61,466 nt of DNA from Girardia tigrina (lineage: Eukaryota): NCBI GenBank assembly GCA_001938485.1, contig MQRK01217243.1, forward strand, positions 52,097-113,562, given 5' to 3'. The notes under the pieces are model-generated. The model did not search any database. It worked only from the letters and a program-made list of their open reading frames with translations, and was not told the DNA's origin. Shown one piece after another: positions 27,001-37,980 of the stretch. The first letter of the stretch is position 1, and every line of letters begins with the position of its first letter. Both the position numbers and the translations under genes were made by a program.

Positions 27001-30000
27001 ACTGTAAAATGATCTGTAAAATTTTAAGGTAGAGTACTATAGTATAATAAATATATCTGTTTATTTCATTAGTTCATCTGTATAAAACATCTCCAGTTTG
27101 GTAAATTCCTATCAAAACACTGTGTAATATTTTTGTCATAGACTTGATTGGAATGATTGTATCATGATTACGCTCATGATTTCAGCCTTTCTGTTAATTG
27201 AGAAATTGATTTTTATATCTATTTATTGTTTTCCGGTCATCTTAATTTATTTTAGTTATTCACATTGAACTGTTTTTATATTTAGTTTTGCACCTAAATA
27301 ATTATTTTACAAAATTAAATAATTATATGAAAACAAAAAAATGATTACATAAATAACATTTTAGATATTTTAATGGGAAAATAATTAATAAAAGTTTTAA
27401 AAATAAGAATTTGAAAATAAATAATAAACGCATTAAAATTTATAATATTTTTAAGTCAGTGCCCTCCTTTTCTGGCAGTTTGTGCAGCTTTCTACGATTT
27501 TCTTTATCTGTTGTCTCATTCGTACATATTGAAGTCATCTTTTATTTAATTTTAAACTTTCTTACTTCCCACGTGGTATTACATTTTATGTATATCTTTT
27601 ATAAAATCGGTTCTCTTCTTCACAGGGATCCAATATTTGTTATCTCTTGTCGTCACGATACTTTTTTCAGTAGCCATTTTTTGTCTTTCCCATTCTAATA
27701 TTCCCTTTAATCTGTTTTATCTCTTTATTATTCGTCTGCCATATGAACTCTTCTGAATCTTCAGTTAATGCAAGGATTCTAGTTTTAACTTTTCCCTTTA
27801 TAGCGTCGTCATGCATTGTTTGATATTGTACACATAGTTCACATGTATTTCTCGACATTGCGTCTGCACTAGTGTTTTACCCCCTTCTGGTATCCCTTTC
27901 TCATGTTTGGTCTAATAAGGAAGTTTATCCAAGTTTAGAATTGTGGAGTTATTGGGTTTTTCGCCGTCATCATGAATGTGATGACCTTATGGTCTTTTCT
28001 AACTAGGAGCATCTTTCTGTATAAGAAATTTTTGAAGTAAGGGGTGAAGTAATATATCGCCAATAATTACTTTCTTGTAATAGAGTATCCACGTTCGTGT
28101 TTGTTCATCTTGTGGGATCAATATGCAAATATTATTTCCCTTCTGTGCCAATACTCCTGTGATTAAATCAAAACTTATATGTATCCAGTATGAACTCCTC
28201 AAAATCTTGGATAGGCTAGGATCGGTGTTTTTTCCATTTTTCTATCTTTTTATTAGCTTACTTTCTGTATAGGTATGTAGGTTTATATGTATCCATGGAA
28301 TTTAAAAACTTATTTTTTTACTCAAGGCTTTTTACTCAATCAATTTTCTCCAAACTTTGCACATTTACTCATTTTCGATGGCAATAAATGATAATGTGAA
28401 AATTTGATCAAACTAGTAAATCAAAAAAAATCTTTTTGCAAAAAAATGTTTTATGATTATCCACAATTGCTTATACTGTATTAAATAGACATGTTTCGGT
28501 TTTTTCCTTTCATGCTTTGGAAAACCTACGATTTTCGGTTTTTTTCACTTTTTCTGAGCTGATATGAACCATCAGTTCGGTTCTCGAGCTGAAAGCTGTT
28601 GATAAATTTGATATATCCCCATACATATTACAGTTTATTATGTTATAAGTAACTATTTATTTGCAAAATGGAGTTTTAAATTTTTTTGTATGAAATTTTC
28701 CCTTCTGCAAAAGATTTTAATAGTTACTAATAACATAATAAATTGATTAAAAATGTAATAATAATTTCTCTTCTACAAAAGATTGCAAAAAAAAATCTGT
28801 TGGCCAAGTAAAGTTCTGTCCGAATAAAGAATAGATAAAAAAATTTTTTGATTTATTAGTTTCATTTAATGTCTGAAATGCTTCGTTACACTACTTTGTC
28901 GATGTCAATTTTTTATCTTTATTTTTTTCCACACGCCAATATTTTTGAATATTTTGCTTAATCCTTCAAAAAAAATTTTTCTAATAGTTCGTTAGCCCCA
29001 GGAAACTTCTTAAATGTTTAATGCATGAAGAGTTTTGAAAGTTGTCGATCACTTCAATTTTGGTTTTTTCTGTCTCTATGCTATCTTTGTCCATGACATA
29101 TCCCAAAAAATTGTCTTTTCTACTAGGAATTGACAATTCTCAGGGTTTATCCGAAGGTCTGATTCTTTTATCTTTTGAAATATGTAAGTAAAATAACATT
29201 TCGACTTCTTCTTTCGATATATCTAACAAACCAATCTCGTCCATTTGAAATTTAATCGGATTCAATAATACGGGCAATACGCGACTTTGGCCGAACAGAG
29301 AGTTCTTAACAGTGTTCATCAGAGATAATAATGCGTACACGAGAACATTCAGACCTATCTATGAGCTAAGTTGATTAAATTTTAAATTTAAACTGTAATA
29401 TGTATGGTGATTTATCAAATTTATCAACAGCTTTCAGCTCGAGAAACCGAACTGATGGTTCATATCAGCTCAGAAAAGGTGAAAAAAAACCGAAAATCGT
29501 AGGTTTTCCACATTAAATATCTTTTTATTAATAAAACGTTTAAAATATCCATATGTGACAAGTAGCATCTAGTTGAAGCCTATGATTCATATAAACATGG
29601 GAAAGACTATATATATGTCCCGGGAGCTAGAAATATGTGAATCAGCCGCAAGGGGTATCATTTACTGATACCAGAAGAATGACTTTGTCAATGTCGGACA
29701 TCGTGGCGGCAACAAAAACATTTAATATCCGAAGAATTAGGAATGAAGATTCTTCAATTCATCTTCGAAAATGCAACTACATTTCTGAGGGAAATAAAAC
29801 AGTTTTTATTTCAAACGAAAAGAATGTAATACAGTAGGAACACAATTTCCCGATACTTGGAGGCGAAATTGATTACCCTCAAGAAAATTCTCTGCTGCTA
29901 ATATCCCAGAGATAACGAATTGATTTTCTTCAGACAGCGATTTCAAATAAATTGCAGAAGGATAATTATTCAAATCTTAGACCATATTATAGACATTGTA

Positions 30001-33000
30001 AGGCCTTTCTAGGTCTATGTATTCCCAAAGTTGATATTTTGGGTAATTAACCTAAATCAAGAAGCAGTAAAAAGGATTAAAAATAATACTAGATTTATTT
30101 AATGACGTAAATAATTTGGATTATATATTTTTTTAAACATTTAACATTACACATTTGTTAACAAATGAATACTTAATATTAACGAATAGACTTCACAGTA
30201 TGTAGTTTATCTGATTTTAATTTTATAATAAAAATGTGAATGCAGATAAGTTTTGAGTGTCTGAGTTATTATTCTAAATTTATAAAGCTTAAACATACCA
30301 TATTATCGACTTTTGATAGCTTCTGCATTTTGAGGTCCAACAAATACTTATCAGCATTTCTGACAAAAATTTTAAAATAAACAATAAAATTTTATTATAA
30401 AATATAAGTTTTATACATTTCATAGACAAAGTTTAAATGATTAATATACGACAGAAATTATGAAAATTGATGTTAGATATAAAAGGATCATTTTTCAGAT
30501 TGTTCAAGTCTTGCAATAATAAACCAATTGATAAATCATCATTCAAAATGTCAGGTTTGATATTTTTGGTATAAAAATAACAATTTCGCTCCTAATCTTT
30601 TGCAGTCCCTTGTAAAGATTTTCTATTATCAATTCAACAATATTCACTCAAATTGTTGGCAAGTGATCAGAAACTTGTTAAATCTCAAAGACGCAAATTA
30701 GAAGCTGACGCTCTTGGAATAAAAATGAAGCAGCAAAGAAAAGAAGAATCGAGGCGAACGAAAAATGTTAATGTTACTGGAGATTGTGTTGAGGATTCAA
30801 GCTCAAATAAACCAAAAATTTCAACAAGTAGACTAAATTTATTTATTCAAAATTATTATTCGGTCATTATTTTAAAACTTTTTCGTTTTTATTTCATTTA
30901 TAACGTTAATCATATTGAGGATGTTTATGAATTGTAAATGAATGTATAGATCTTAAGTCAATTAATTTTCATTTCATTATCTTAATGGTTTACAAATTAT
31001 TTAGTTATATATTACTAAGAATTATTGCTAATTTTACTTCACTGAACGATTATTCATTTTCAGCGTTAAGACATGTTTTGCAATGTTGCACGATATTTTG
31101 TTAGTATATAAACGAACGAGAAATCAATATTTTGTTTCATCTAGATGAAAAAACATAATTTTGAAACAACTAAAAATTTTAAAATTATTTAATATTTATA
31201 TATAATTAATATTCGATTTTAAAATTAAAACGCAAAGACGTGCTAGTATATCAATATATCAGTATAATAAAGATATATTTTAAAATTCAACCTTTATAAA
31301 TATTTGCCTTTGTTAATACGATGTTCACTAATATAGATTTCGTCACAGTATACGGATCATAAATTGCAAATCAAAAAGATCAATACAGCAGCTATAAATT
31401 TGCATCATTGAAACAAGTATTCATCATCCGTTTTTTTGAAATCAATAACAACTTTATATTACATTAGCACTTAATATTAATAATGATTTTATAATCTTTG
31501 TCCCAATAGAATTTAAACTTTAGAATTTAAACCTAACTATTTGTCTTATTTTCTCATATTCAATAGTAATATGGCACTGATTAACCAAAAATTTCATTTT
31601 CTCCACTCCACCCTGACATTGCTCATGCAACCATGTTAATTTTTTAAAATCATTACTAACCTCTCCAGCTATTGCTGACAAAACCTCATTTTCATTGACA
31701 ATCCACCGTTTAGGATTTCTAGTTAATTCATCCACACGATTCTTTTCTGACGATACCGACACAATTTCAATACTTAATTCGTATTCCTGAACCATATCGC
31801 TAATCAGTTGTAAACGACGCCGTAATAACATTTCTGCAACCGCTGTAGTTTTAACCCTCCGTTTATTCGATAAAACATCTTTAACATATCCTGCTGCAAT
31901 CTTACTATCTGTCCTAATGGTAAAAACGCGAAGATTCCATAAAATTGCAACATTAATTGATTCACAGATTGCTTCCAGCTCGGCCAAATTGATGTAACGA
32001 CAATCTGATTTTTTCCGTAACCATGCAGTGTCTTTTATTATACATCTGTCGATCTTCAAACACACCCCAATCGCTAAAGAACTAGCATCACACCAGATAC
32101 TACTTTTATTTTTTTTATCAGGATTCCACACTCCTTTTGCTGGATCTTCCATTCTAACTCGCTCGACTATCCCCTTAAGTTTCTTTGCAACGTGCTTGTC
32201 AACTAATGTTTTACAGTCCCCAATACACAACCGTTTGATATAAGCACATACAACTCTTAACCAACCTAAAACTGGATGAATACCGCATAACATACGGCAA
32301 ATGGAAAACAACTTTCTTTTTGTTAAACAATTCGAACCAATCTCGGTTGACAATGGGTTCGCTCTTCTCCAATATAATTTTTCTTCGAATCGAAATACCT
32401 CTAACCCCAACACTCGAACAGGATTTGCTATCGTCACTCGTTTCCTCGGTATTCAATCCGAATTTTTCAAATGCTTGGCTACTTATTCGACAGAAATTTT
32501 ATTTTCATCAACTCTAATATCGTCGATATATGTGTCAGTAGCATCCTGAATATCCTTACACAGCGATAATGCCGTTTTCACAATCGTTGACATCACCGTA
32601 GGTGCAATATTGAGCCCGAATCCTATACGAGGTAATACGTATAATTTGCCGGCATATTTTATCGTCTGAAATACCCATAAATCAGGATCAACTCTTACTT
32701 GCATATACGCTTCTCGAAGGTCGAGAATTGCACTACATCCCAAGTCTCAATCGAATTTTCTCGATATATATAGCACTAGTACCGGAATACACATCGATAT
32801 ATCGATTCATCTCCATAAAATCAAATATTGGTCTCACCTGCTTCTTATTTAGCTGCTCCACGGCAAACATTGGTACCAAACCCTGAGGGTTTAGCATATT
32901 CTTATCATACGGTAGTATATATCCCATTTCTTTCCAATCATTCATTTTCTTGTCAAACTATACCATAGTTTTCTTATCCATTTGGTAATTTGACACAGTA

Positions 33001-33534
33001 TTCTTTATATTCATTGATGATTAGTTAAGACAGGGATATGTTTTGTTGATTGTCAAATAAACGGTTAATGAATCACAATTGAATAGGAATATTTTCTCGA
33101 TCGTCAAATAAACGGTTAATAGATTGATCAGTTAAATAGGAATGTTTCTTGTGTTCCGGAAACGAGAATAATATTTCTTGGGTTTGATTTAATATTTCTT
33201 TTATATTTATTTCTTTTAATATTTCTTTTGTCTCAATTTTAAATGATATCCTTCAAACTAATTTATCTTATATTTGGTTCCTAATATAGCTCAGAGTGTT
33301 TCCAAAATAAAGGATACAAGTCCTGCATCTCCAGTTCCACCGCCACCACCTCCCCCACCACCTGGTTCTCCACCTCCGATAGATCCATCTTCTCCGTCTC
33401 ACACATCACAAGCATCTCCAGCTTCAACTGTCAGTAATCCAAAAGTTGGACCGCTACTTAATGCGATATCGGGTTTCAATAAAGGAAATCTGCGAAAAGC
33501 GACAACAAATGATAAAAGTGCTCCTCGATTATAA
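3284..33534 (+). CDS. PXK: PX domain-containing protein kinase-like protein (pseudokinase + coiled coil + polyPro + WH2), 9 exons found, 5' exons not identified
   Basis: Exons 3284-3361, 3415-3519, 10840-10975, 17638-17765, 17817-17940, 25012-25090, 30499-30554, 30606-30827 and 33290-33534 are all GT-AG with consistent phases and total 1173 nt open to TAA. Peptides such as HEYIYP..IRLFSELGSLHDFMFK, FGRQILLGLKYLHEKGIPYGHLHLRNV, TDIENSILGL, IDIYCFGRLIYE and LLNAISGFNKGNLRKATTNDKSAPRL parallel vertebrate PXK. Confidence 0.92.
3415..3519 (+). CDS. PXK: PXK exon (HEYIYPIDNVTINDNGVSIIRLFSELGSLHDFMFK)
   Basis: Follows a 53-nt intron; aligns to HPYIYRVTFATANESSALLIRMFNEKGTLKDLIYK. Confidence 0.88.
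3560..3680. repeat. (TA)n microsatellite with assembly gap (others at ~12019-12064, 46746-46789, 47567-47610)
   Basis: Seen directly. Confidence 0.95.
4966..8934 (+). mobile_element. Compact full-length LTR retrotransposon A (gag-PR-RT-RH-INT, Gypsy-type order), degenerate
   Basis: LTRs 4966-5070 and 8827-8934 (TGTG...CACA, near-identical); PPT AAGGGGAAGGGGAA at 8813-8826. Gag CCHC knuckles (CFRCGGKGHMAREC), protease ALIDTG, RT VRPVMDYRAVN and RLGFGLNVAP, RNase H EDASWLRK..HINLVELEA, integrase MDLTH/ELLMDN/GNGIVERCHRT. Several stops and frameshifts. Confidence 0.95.
5071..5082 (+). promoter_or_regulatory. Non-canonical primer-binding site AGCTATCGCGGT (complement of a tRNA-like nt 1-12)
   Basis: Directly abuts the 5' LTR. 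Reverse complement ACCGCGA-TAGCT fits tRNA T8-A9-G10-C11-T12. gag ATG follows 1 nt later. Confidence 0.65.
9385..9891 (+). mobile_element. 3' relic of an IS630/Tc1-type transposon
   Basis: FLPSYSPFLNPSEIMFSKWKR at ~9462-9525, subterminal TACGAAAT repeats, end GACCCTG|TA. Confidence 0.7.
9940..10140 (-). mobile_element. mariner (DD34D-type) transposase fragment
   Basis: Minus-strand translation GVIH*KLFPENSNINVVIYCDQFRRV...MILQHDNAHSHV. Confidence 0.65.
10840..10975 (+). CDS. PXK: PXK exon (TKPVNSIICKYGNP...FGRQILLGLKYLHEKGIPYG)
   Basis: AG acceptor, gtgag donor, phase 0/1; aligns to AKPKDPFLKKYCNP...YGRQILEVLKFLHDKGFPYG. Confidence 0.92.
12225..16075 (-). mobile_element. Compact full-length LTR retrotransposon B (same lineage as A), degenerate
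   Basis: 119-bp LTRs at 15957-16075 and 12225-12343 (TG...CA); perfect 5-bp TSD GTCAA (12220-12224 / 16076-16080). gag EKFDGSNSFEIW, protease ALIDSG, RT LDLSEAY..GFGLNIAP..SYIDD, RNase H WCDASS..HINVAEIEA..NKAD, integrase ELIIDN..NGIIERNHRTIK. Confidence 0.97.
15945..15956 (-). promoter_or_regulatory. Non-canonical PBS AGCTATCCGGGC, exact complement of tRNA-Lys(UUU) nt 1-12
   Basis: + strand reads GCCCGGATAGCT, the 5' end of animal tRNA-Lys(UUU) (GCCCGGAUAGCUCAG...). It abuts the 5' LTR; gag ATG is 3 nt downstream. Confidence 0.75.
16360..17520 (+). mobile_element. Degenerate hAT-like transposase relic (its left subterminal region at ~12089-12224 appears to be the target of LTR element B)
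   Basis: YPNISHITCLVHLLHNCA...DIDNIISSIKA...ATRWGS (CxxH and TRW motifs); TAAAGTCAAAA/AATAGACT repeats on both sides of element B. Confidence 0.65.
17638..17940 (+). CDS. PXK: PXK exons 17638-17765 and 17817-17940 (51-nt intron between)
   Basis: HLHLRNVLMLNEVKCALTDIENSILGL...KKL / TFEEIDIYCFGRLIYEIIFGEP; aligns to HLHASNVMLDGDTCRLLDLENSLLGL / TLESVDVHCFGHLLYEMTYGRP. Confidence 0.92.
18320..18720 (-). mobile_element. 3' terminal segment of the mariner-like family at 40300-41915 (another copy at 28245-28870)
   Basis: TTATTAGCTTACTTTCTATATAGG...ATCCATGGAATTT...CATTTACTCATTCTCG is shared with 28250-28410 and, reverse-complemented, with 41540-41915. Confidence 0.7.
19653..20012 (+). mobile_element. 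Non-autonomous Helitron
   Basis: A|TC start, CACT/GCCT microsatellite near the 5' end, GC hairpin GGCCGCGAAGCGGGCC followed by CTAG|T; gap in the middle. Confidence 0.75.
21960..22250 (-). mobile_element. Tc1/mariner (DD37D-like) transposase relic
   Basis: FSNEAIFDISERLNYHNCRIWE, the same motif as in element 887-1916. Confidence 0.55.
23270..24862 (+). mobile_element. pogo/Tigger-type transposon, degenerate
   Basis: CENP-B-like HTH (KYSLPKSTVANILK..WFNQQ..PIRGPLLAEKA..ASNGLIDRFKKRH), NADESDFF, LLIVDN, FLPPNTTSRIQPCD*GVI; terminal CAGTCAAACCTC-type repeat at 24796-24862. Confidence 0.88.
25012..25090 (+). CDS. PXK: PXK exon (REFLFSVLTEEVLKSGFPTIDNLLDL)
   Basis: Phase 1/2, gtgagt donor; aligns to VLESTLSCEACKNGMPTISRLLQM. 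Confidence 0.85.
25440..25910 (+). mobile_element. Penelope-like element 3' relic: GIY-YIG endonuclease followed by hammerhead motif
   Basis: SYVFYQYTCNGSNAT...CKRDHE...SKIVQHRKTCKCNLSINDFKIL...EALLI...PKINVQ; downstream AAATGGCGTTC is shared with the copy at ~48120. Confidence 0.75.
25838..25876 (+). ncRNA. Minimal type I hammerhead ribozyme, degenerate (C3->A)
   Basis: GAT-aTGAAGA-T-GATGGT AAA ACCGTC-GAAA-TATA-TT-ATC. Confidence 0.6.
27590..28240 (-). mobile_element. Gypsy pol fragment (RNase H to integrase linker) of the 52800-55149 family
   Basis: ADAMSRNTCELCVQYQTMHDDAIKGKVKTRILALTEDSEEFIWQTNNKEIKQI parallels ORF 53768-54193. An RT scrap (NPENCQFLVEKT) lies at ~29040-29180. Confidence 0.8.
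28518..29510. repeat. ~95-bp inverted repeat pair (28518-28613 / 29413-29510) bracketing mixed TE debris
   Basis: TGGAAAACCTACGATTTTCGG...GCTGTTGATAAATTTGATA and its reverse complement. Confidence 0.8.
30499..30827 (+). CDS. PXK: PXK exons 30499-30554 and 30606-30827 (51-nt intron between), coiled-coil/basic region
   Basis: LFKSCNNKPIDKSSFKMS / VPCKDFLLSIQQYSLKLLASDQKLVKSQRRK...; phases join both neighbouring exons. Confidence 0.8.
31520..33010 (-). mobile_element. Internal pol fragment (RT-RNase H) of the compact LTR lineage
   Basis: VRPIFDF, LDLREAYMQ, RIGFGLNIAP, TYIDD, WCDASS, YINLAELEA; no LTRs. Confidence 0.92.
33290..33534 (+). CDS. PXK: PXK terminal exon, polyproline + WH2 actin-binding motif
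   Basis: PPPPPPPPP...GPLLNAISGFNKGNLRKATTNDKSAPRL* vs GALLSSIQNFQKGTLRKAKTCDHSAPKIG; phase-1 acceptor atatag; AATAAA about 50 nt downstream. Confidence 0.92.
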
Positions 33535-33646
33535 AATTCCTTAAATTTCTCCATTAATTCAATTTGATTTTATGTGATTTAACAAATAAATTCAATTGCG
33601 CAATTCGGTTTCGTTTCGTCAATATTTTATAAGTATCATTTAAATA

Positions 33647-34875
33647 TAGTCCGTCCCTAAAGGTTTGTCCACTTTAATATTTTTCAATATTTCAATGTAA
33701 AATAATATCTGTCAAGAAATTATTATTTGTATCACTTTTCATTTGTTTAAATATATTCTTTTAAAGCACATATTTAAAAATTATTTTAATTATTGGTATT
33801 TGAAGTGAGTTTTAATTTTTTAGCTATGTCCCTTAAGGTTTGTCATTTTAGAATGAATCGATATAACAAGTTCCAGGAAGAAGAAAAAATGTTTTTAACA
33901 TTAAAATATGAGGAATTCGAGAAGTCTAGAACTTCCATCACTGAAATAACCAAATTATTAATGAACGTTTTCAAAAATCTGTCTGTCGAAAGACGATATT
34001 CAGATTTCTTCACAATCCGGATAATTATGATAGAAAAAAACCAACTACACGGCCTAGAAGAATCTCTGAGAGAAGTCGACGAACAATTATCGACATGTAC
34101 ACTACATCTAAAGATTCATCTAATGATAGATGTTATTGAAGGAACTCTAAATTCAGCGCGATACATAGAACTCCTCGGGGAACATATTGTACCTTTAATT
34201 ACACGTGCCAATGAAGACTTCTTATATCAACATGATAATGNNNNNNNNNNNNNNNNNNNNNNNNNNNNNNNNNNNNNNNNNNNNNNNNNNNNNNNNNNNN
34301 NNNNNNNNNNNNNNNNNNNNNNNNNNNNNNNNNNNNNNNNNNNNNNNNNNNNNNNNNNNNNNNNNNNNNNNNNNNNNNNNNNNNNNNNNNNNNNNNNNNN
34401 NNNNNNNNNNNNNNNNNNNNNNNNNNNNNATTTGGAGTGGAATTGATTCAAATACCTTACAAAATTTGGCTTTTTCGATACCTGAAAGATTAATCAATGT
34501 TATAGAGAAAGGGGGAGATTTAGTATGACGAAATTTACATGTCTACTGTCTGGTGTATTACGCAATATATAATATTAGGTCCTACTTAATATCTTATGTA
34601 ATCGTGATCGTTAATAATAAACAACATATGTTGAGTAACAACTTTTATCGGTATTTAGGAGCATTTGGACAAACCTTATGGGACACTAAAAAATCACAAA
34701 AAAATACATTTTTACCATTTCATAAANNNNNNNNNNNNNNNNNNNNNNNNNNATATTTATTCAACAAAAAGAAAATAAAGTTACATTGTATGTTATTTAT
34801 CTTATTCTAACAGTATTTGTCGTTCTTTGTAAAATTTGTAATTTGTGTATTGGACAAACCTTTAGGGACGGACTA
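33647..34875 (+). mobile_element. Tc1-like transposon with IR/DR-type ends, internally deleted
   Basis: TA|TAGTCCGTCCCTAAAGGTTTGTCCA ... TGGACAAACCTTTAGGGACGGACTA|TA; inner repeat copies at ~33826 and ~34665; IEGTLNSARYIELLGEHIVP..FLYQHDN..LQNLAFSIPERLINVIEKGG. Confidence 0.88.
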
Positions 34876-35446
34876 TAATTATTTTATTTCTGAATCAAAA
34901 ATCGAGGAAGACATTCTTAACATTAATAAATGTTATTATATATAAACAAAGAAATAACATTGGCCACAAATTTCTATTCAAATAATGTTTTTACATTCTA
35001 GAGCAACCTTTTCAGACAATGTACCTCTTGAGAAATATCATTATCCCACGTATTCCTTACAATTTTCGAAATTTAGATGTAGTTAAAGTGCAATTTCGTT
35101 TTCAAACTTACGAATATATACAAATTTTACAATCATAGAACTAGTATACATTACTTATATCAAGACTATCTCTTTACATAAAAAATTATCAATTATTTGT
35201 TTGGTTTTCGATATAACTCTCCACTGGTACACTACATTTCGATAAACATATTACATAAAGAGAAAATTACTTTATCCACAACCACACATTTACCATACAC
35301 ACTGGCTCTATGATACTCGCATATAGATGGGTCCTGTCGGGTCTCTCATTGCTCAAATATTTGAAATTATACTGTCCATCTTAACTCATCCATGCTGTCT
35401 ACATATACTACCCCCTATTCGCACATCCAGCGTGTTCAGTCTACAT

Positions 35447-37980
35447 CAGTGGTTCTCAACCTGTGGTCCTCGGACCACTAGTGATCCGCGGACATATGCC
35501 TGGTGGTTCGCGAGCAAAGTGTGAAATGCAAGTTTTTTTTAAATAAAATAATAAGAAAGAATAGATGTTGTCACTTTTTAAAATTATTGATTCATTTGAA
35601 TTGCTAGATGGCGATAGCGAAAATGTGTGTTTCGTTTTTTTTGTTTAATTTTAGTTACACCGGAAATCAGTGGCGTCTTCCTGTTTATATTGACATTAAA
35701 AATACAAAAATTAGTGGGTTGTTAAAATACAATTAATAAAGTAATAAAATAATTAAATTGATTGGAAATATGGATAAATTTCTAACAAAGAAAACAACCG
35801 AAAATAAGGACATTGATGATGATTCCTCATACTCATCTTCACAGCCTGAGTGTGAATCAAATGCATTTCCGAAGAAAAAAAGACGAATTGCCATACGACG
35901 GTATGATGAAAAGTATTTGCGCTTTGGATTTATATGCGTCATAGTAAATGATCAACTCAGACCGTAGTGTGTTATATGTTCACAAATTCTTGCAAATGAA
36001 GCGATGAAACCGCCGAAACTCCGAAGACATCTTAAAACTAATCATGCTGACTGCTCGGAAAAACCTTTGGAATATTTTCTGCGCAAAAAGTTCACTTGAT
36101 TGTCAGAAGTCTTGCATTGTACAAACAACTAAAGTCAATGAGAAGGCTTTAAGAGCATCATTTTTAGTGGCAATTTCAGTTGCACAGGAAAAAAAGCCTC
36201 ACACAATAGTAGAAACTCTGTTTATGCCTGCTGGTATAGATATGTACCGAGATATGTTTGGGGAAGCTATGGCTAGTAAACTAAAAAAATCCAATTTCAA
36301 ACGACACAAATCAACGCCGTATAACTTTGGCGGCAGCTGACGTTGAAGAACAGTTGATTTCAAGGCTGCAAGATTGTAAACAATTTGCCATTCAATTGGA
36401 CGAATCGACGGATGTTTCTAACCAGGCACAATTAATGGTTTATGTCAGATATATATGGATGGATGAAGTTGAAGAAGACTTTTGTTTTGTAAAACTTGTC
36501 CGGTTCACACAACAAGTGCAGAACTTTTTGATATCCTTGATAATTTTATGGCAGCCAATGGCATCGAATGGTCCTGGTGTATCGGAGTATGCATGGATGG
36601 TGCTGCAGCAATGACTGAAAACGAACAGGCTTGTGGGAACGTGTGCGTTCCAATGTGCCAACTGCTACAGTTACGCACTGTATGATTCATGGCGAAAGTC
36701 TTGTAAGCAAAAGAATGAATGCGGACTTGAAATCTATTTTGATCAGGCCGTGAAAATTGTTAATTTCATCAAAGCTCATCCACTAAATTCTCGTCTCTTT
36801 GCTTCATAATGTTCTAATACTGATCTTGATCATGAATAGTTGCTGATGCACACTGAAGTTCGCTGGTTATCAAGTGGAAAAGTGTTTAACAGATTGTTTG
36901 AATTACGTGATGCTGTGAGAGTGTTTCTTGGAGTAAAAAATTCACAGCTTGTTGTTCATTTGAATGACAATTCATGGATTGCTGTTCTGGCTTACTTGGC
37001 TGACATTTTTGAACAGCTGAATAAACTGAATTCATCTCTACAAGGGAAGCAGACAAACTTAATTACCATCAGTGATAAAGTGTCTCCTTTTATGAAAAAA
37101 CTTGATATGTGGAAGAAAAAATTATTTCAGGGTAACTTTGACATGTTTAATCAATTGTATGAATTCATCGAGAAACAAGAAAATGCTAAAATCAACTTGC
37201 ACAAGTTGGTAAATTTGATTTCTGAACATAGTCAGTTTTTGCTGAATCAGTTTGGCTTCTACTTTGGTGATTTGAACGTTGAGAGTTTTTCGTGTGTTTC
37301 CAGTTCGTTTCTTGAACACATTGATGCATTAAATTTACCAAAAACGGAATTAGACCAATTCATTGAACTGACCAGTGATATTACATTAAAGATATTGCAT
37401 CCAAGAGTGAGCTTGATGAAATTTTGGACACCAGCTTCACATGAGTATCCAGAACTGTCTCAGAAAGCTTTCAAAATAATTTTACCCTTGCAACATCATA
37501 TATTTGTGAATGTATATTTTCTGCACTGGTTAACATTAAAACAAAATATCGTTCAGGGCTTGAAGTTAAAGATGAACTCCGATTGAGTCTTTCGAGCATT
37601 ACGCCTCGTTTGGATAAGCTATGCTCAACGGTGCAAGCTCAAGGCGCACACTGAAATTAAATGTAGCATTATTTTCAATATTATAATTTTTATTTGAAGT
37701 TGAAACATTTATTAAAATATACAATAAATTATTTTAAATAACAATTTTAATACACCTATAGTCAAGTGTGGTAATTGTAGTTCTTTAAATCCAAAGTCTA
37801 ATAGTTATACTAAGAACCATGTTATACTAACTATGTGTAGTTGTTACACCATCATATGAAATAATAATTATATTTATACAAATTTCTAGTGAGCTAGTAG
37901 CAAAATTTTCAGTAGTTGTCCGTGGATGAGACACACACTTTTTAAGTGGCCTTTGAATCTCAAAAGTTTGAGAACTACTG
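35447..37980 (+). mobile_element. hAT transposon (Buster/Charlie, ZBED5/SCAND3-like transposase), full-length but frameshifted
   Basis: TIRs CAGTGGTTCTCAAC / TTTGAGAACTACTG; perfect 8-bp TSD GTCTACAT. BED finger (YLRFGF..CVIC..KLRRHL..H), FAIQLDESTD, CMDGAAAM, HTEVRWLS, LAYLADIF. Confidence 0.96.
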
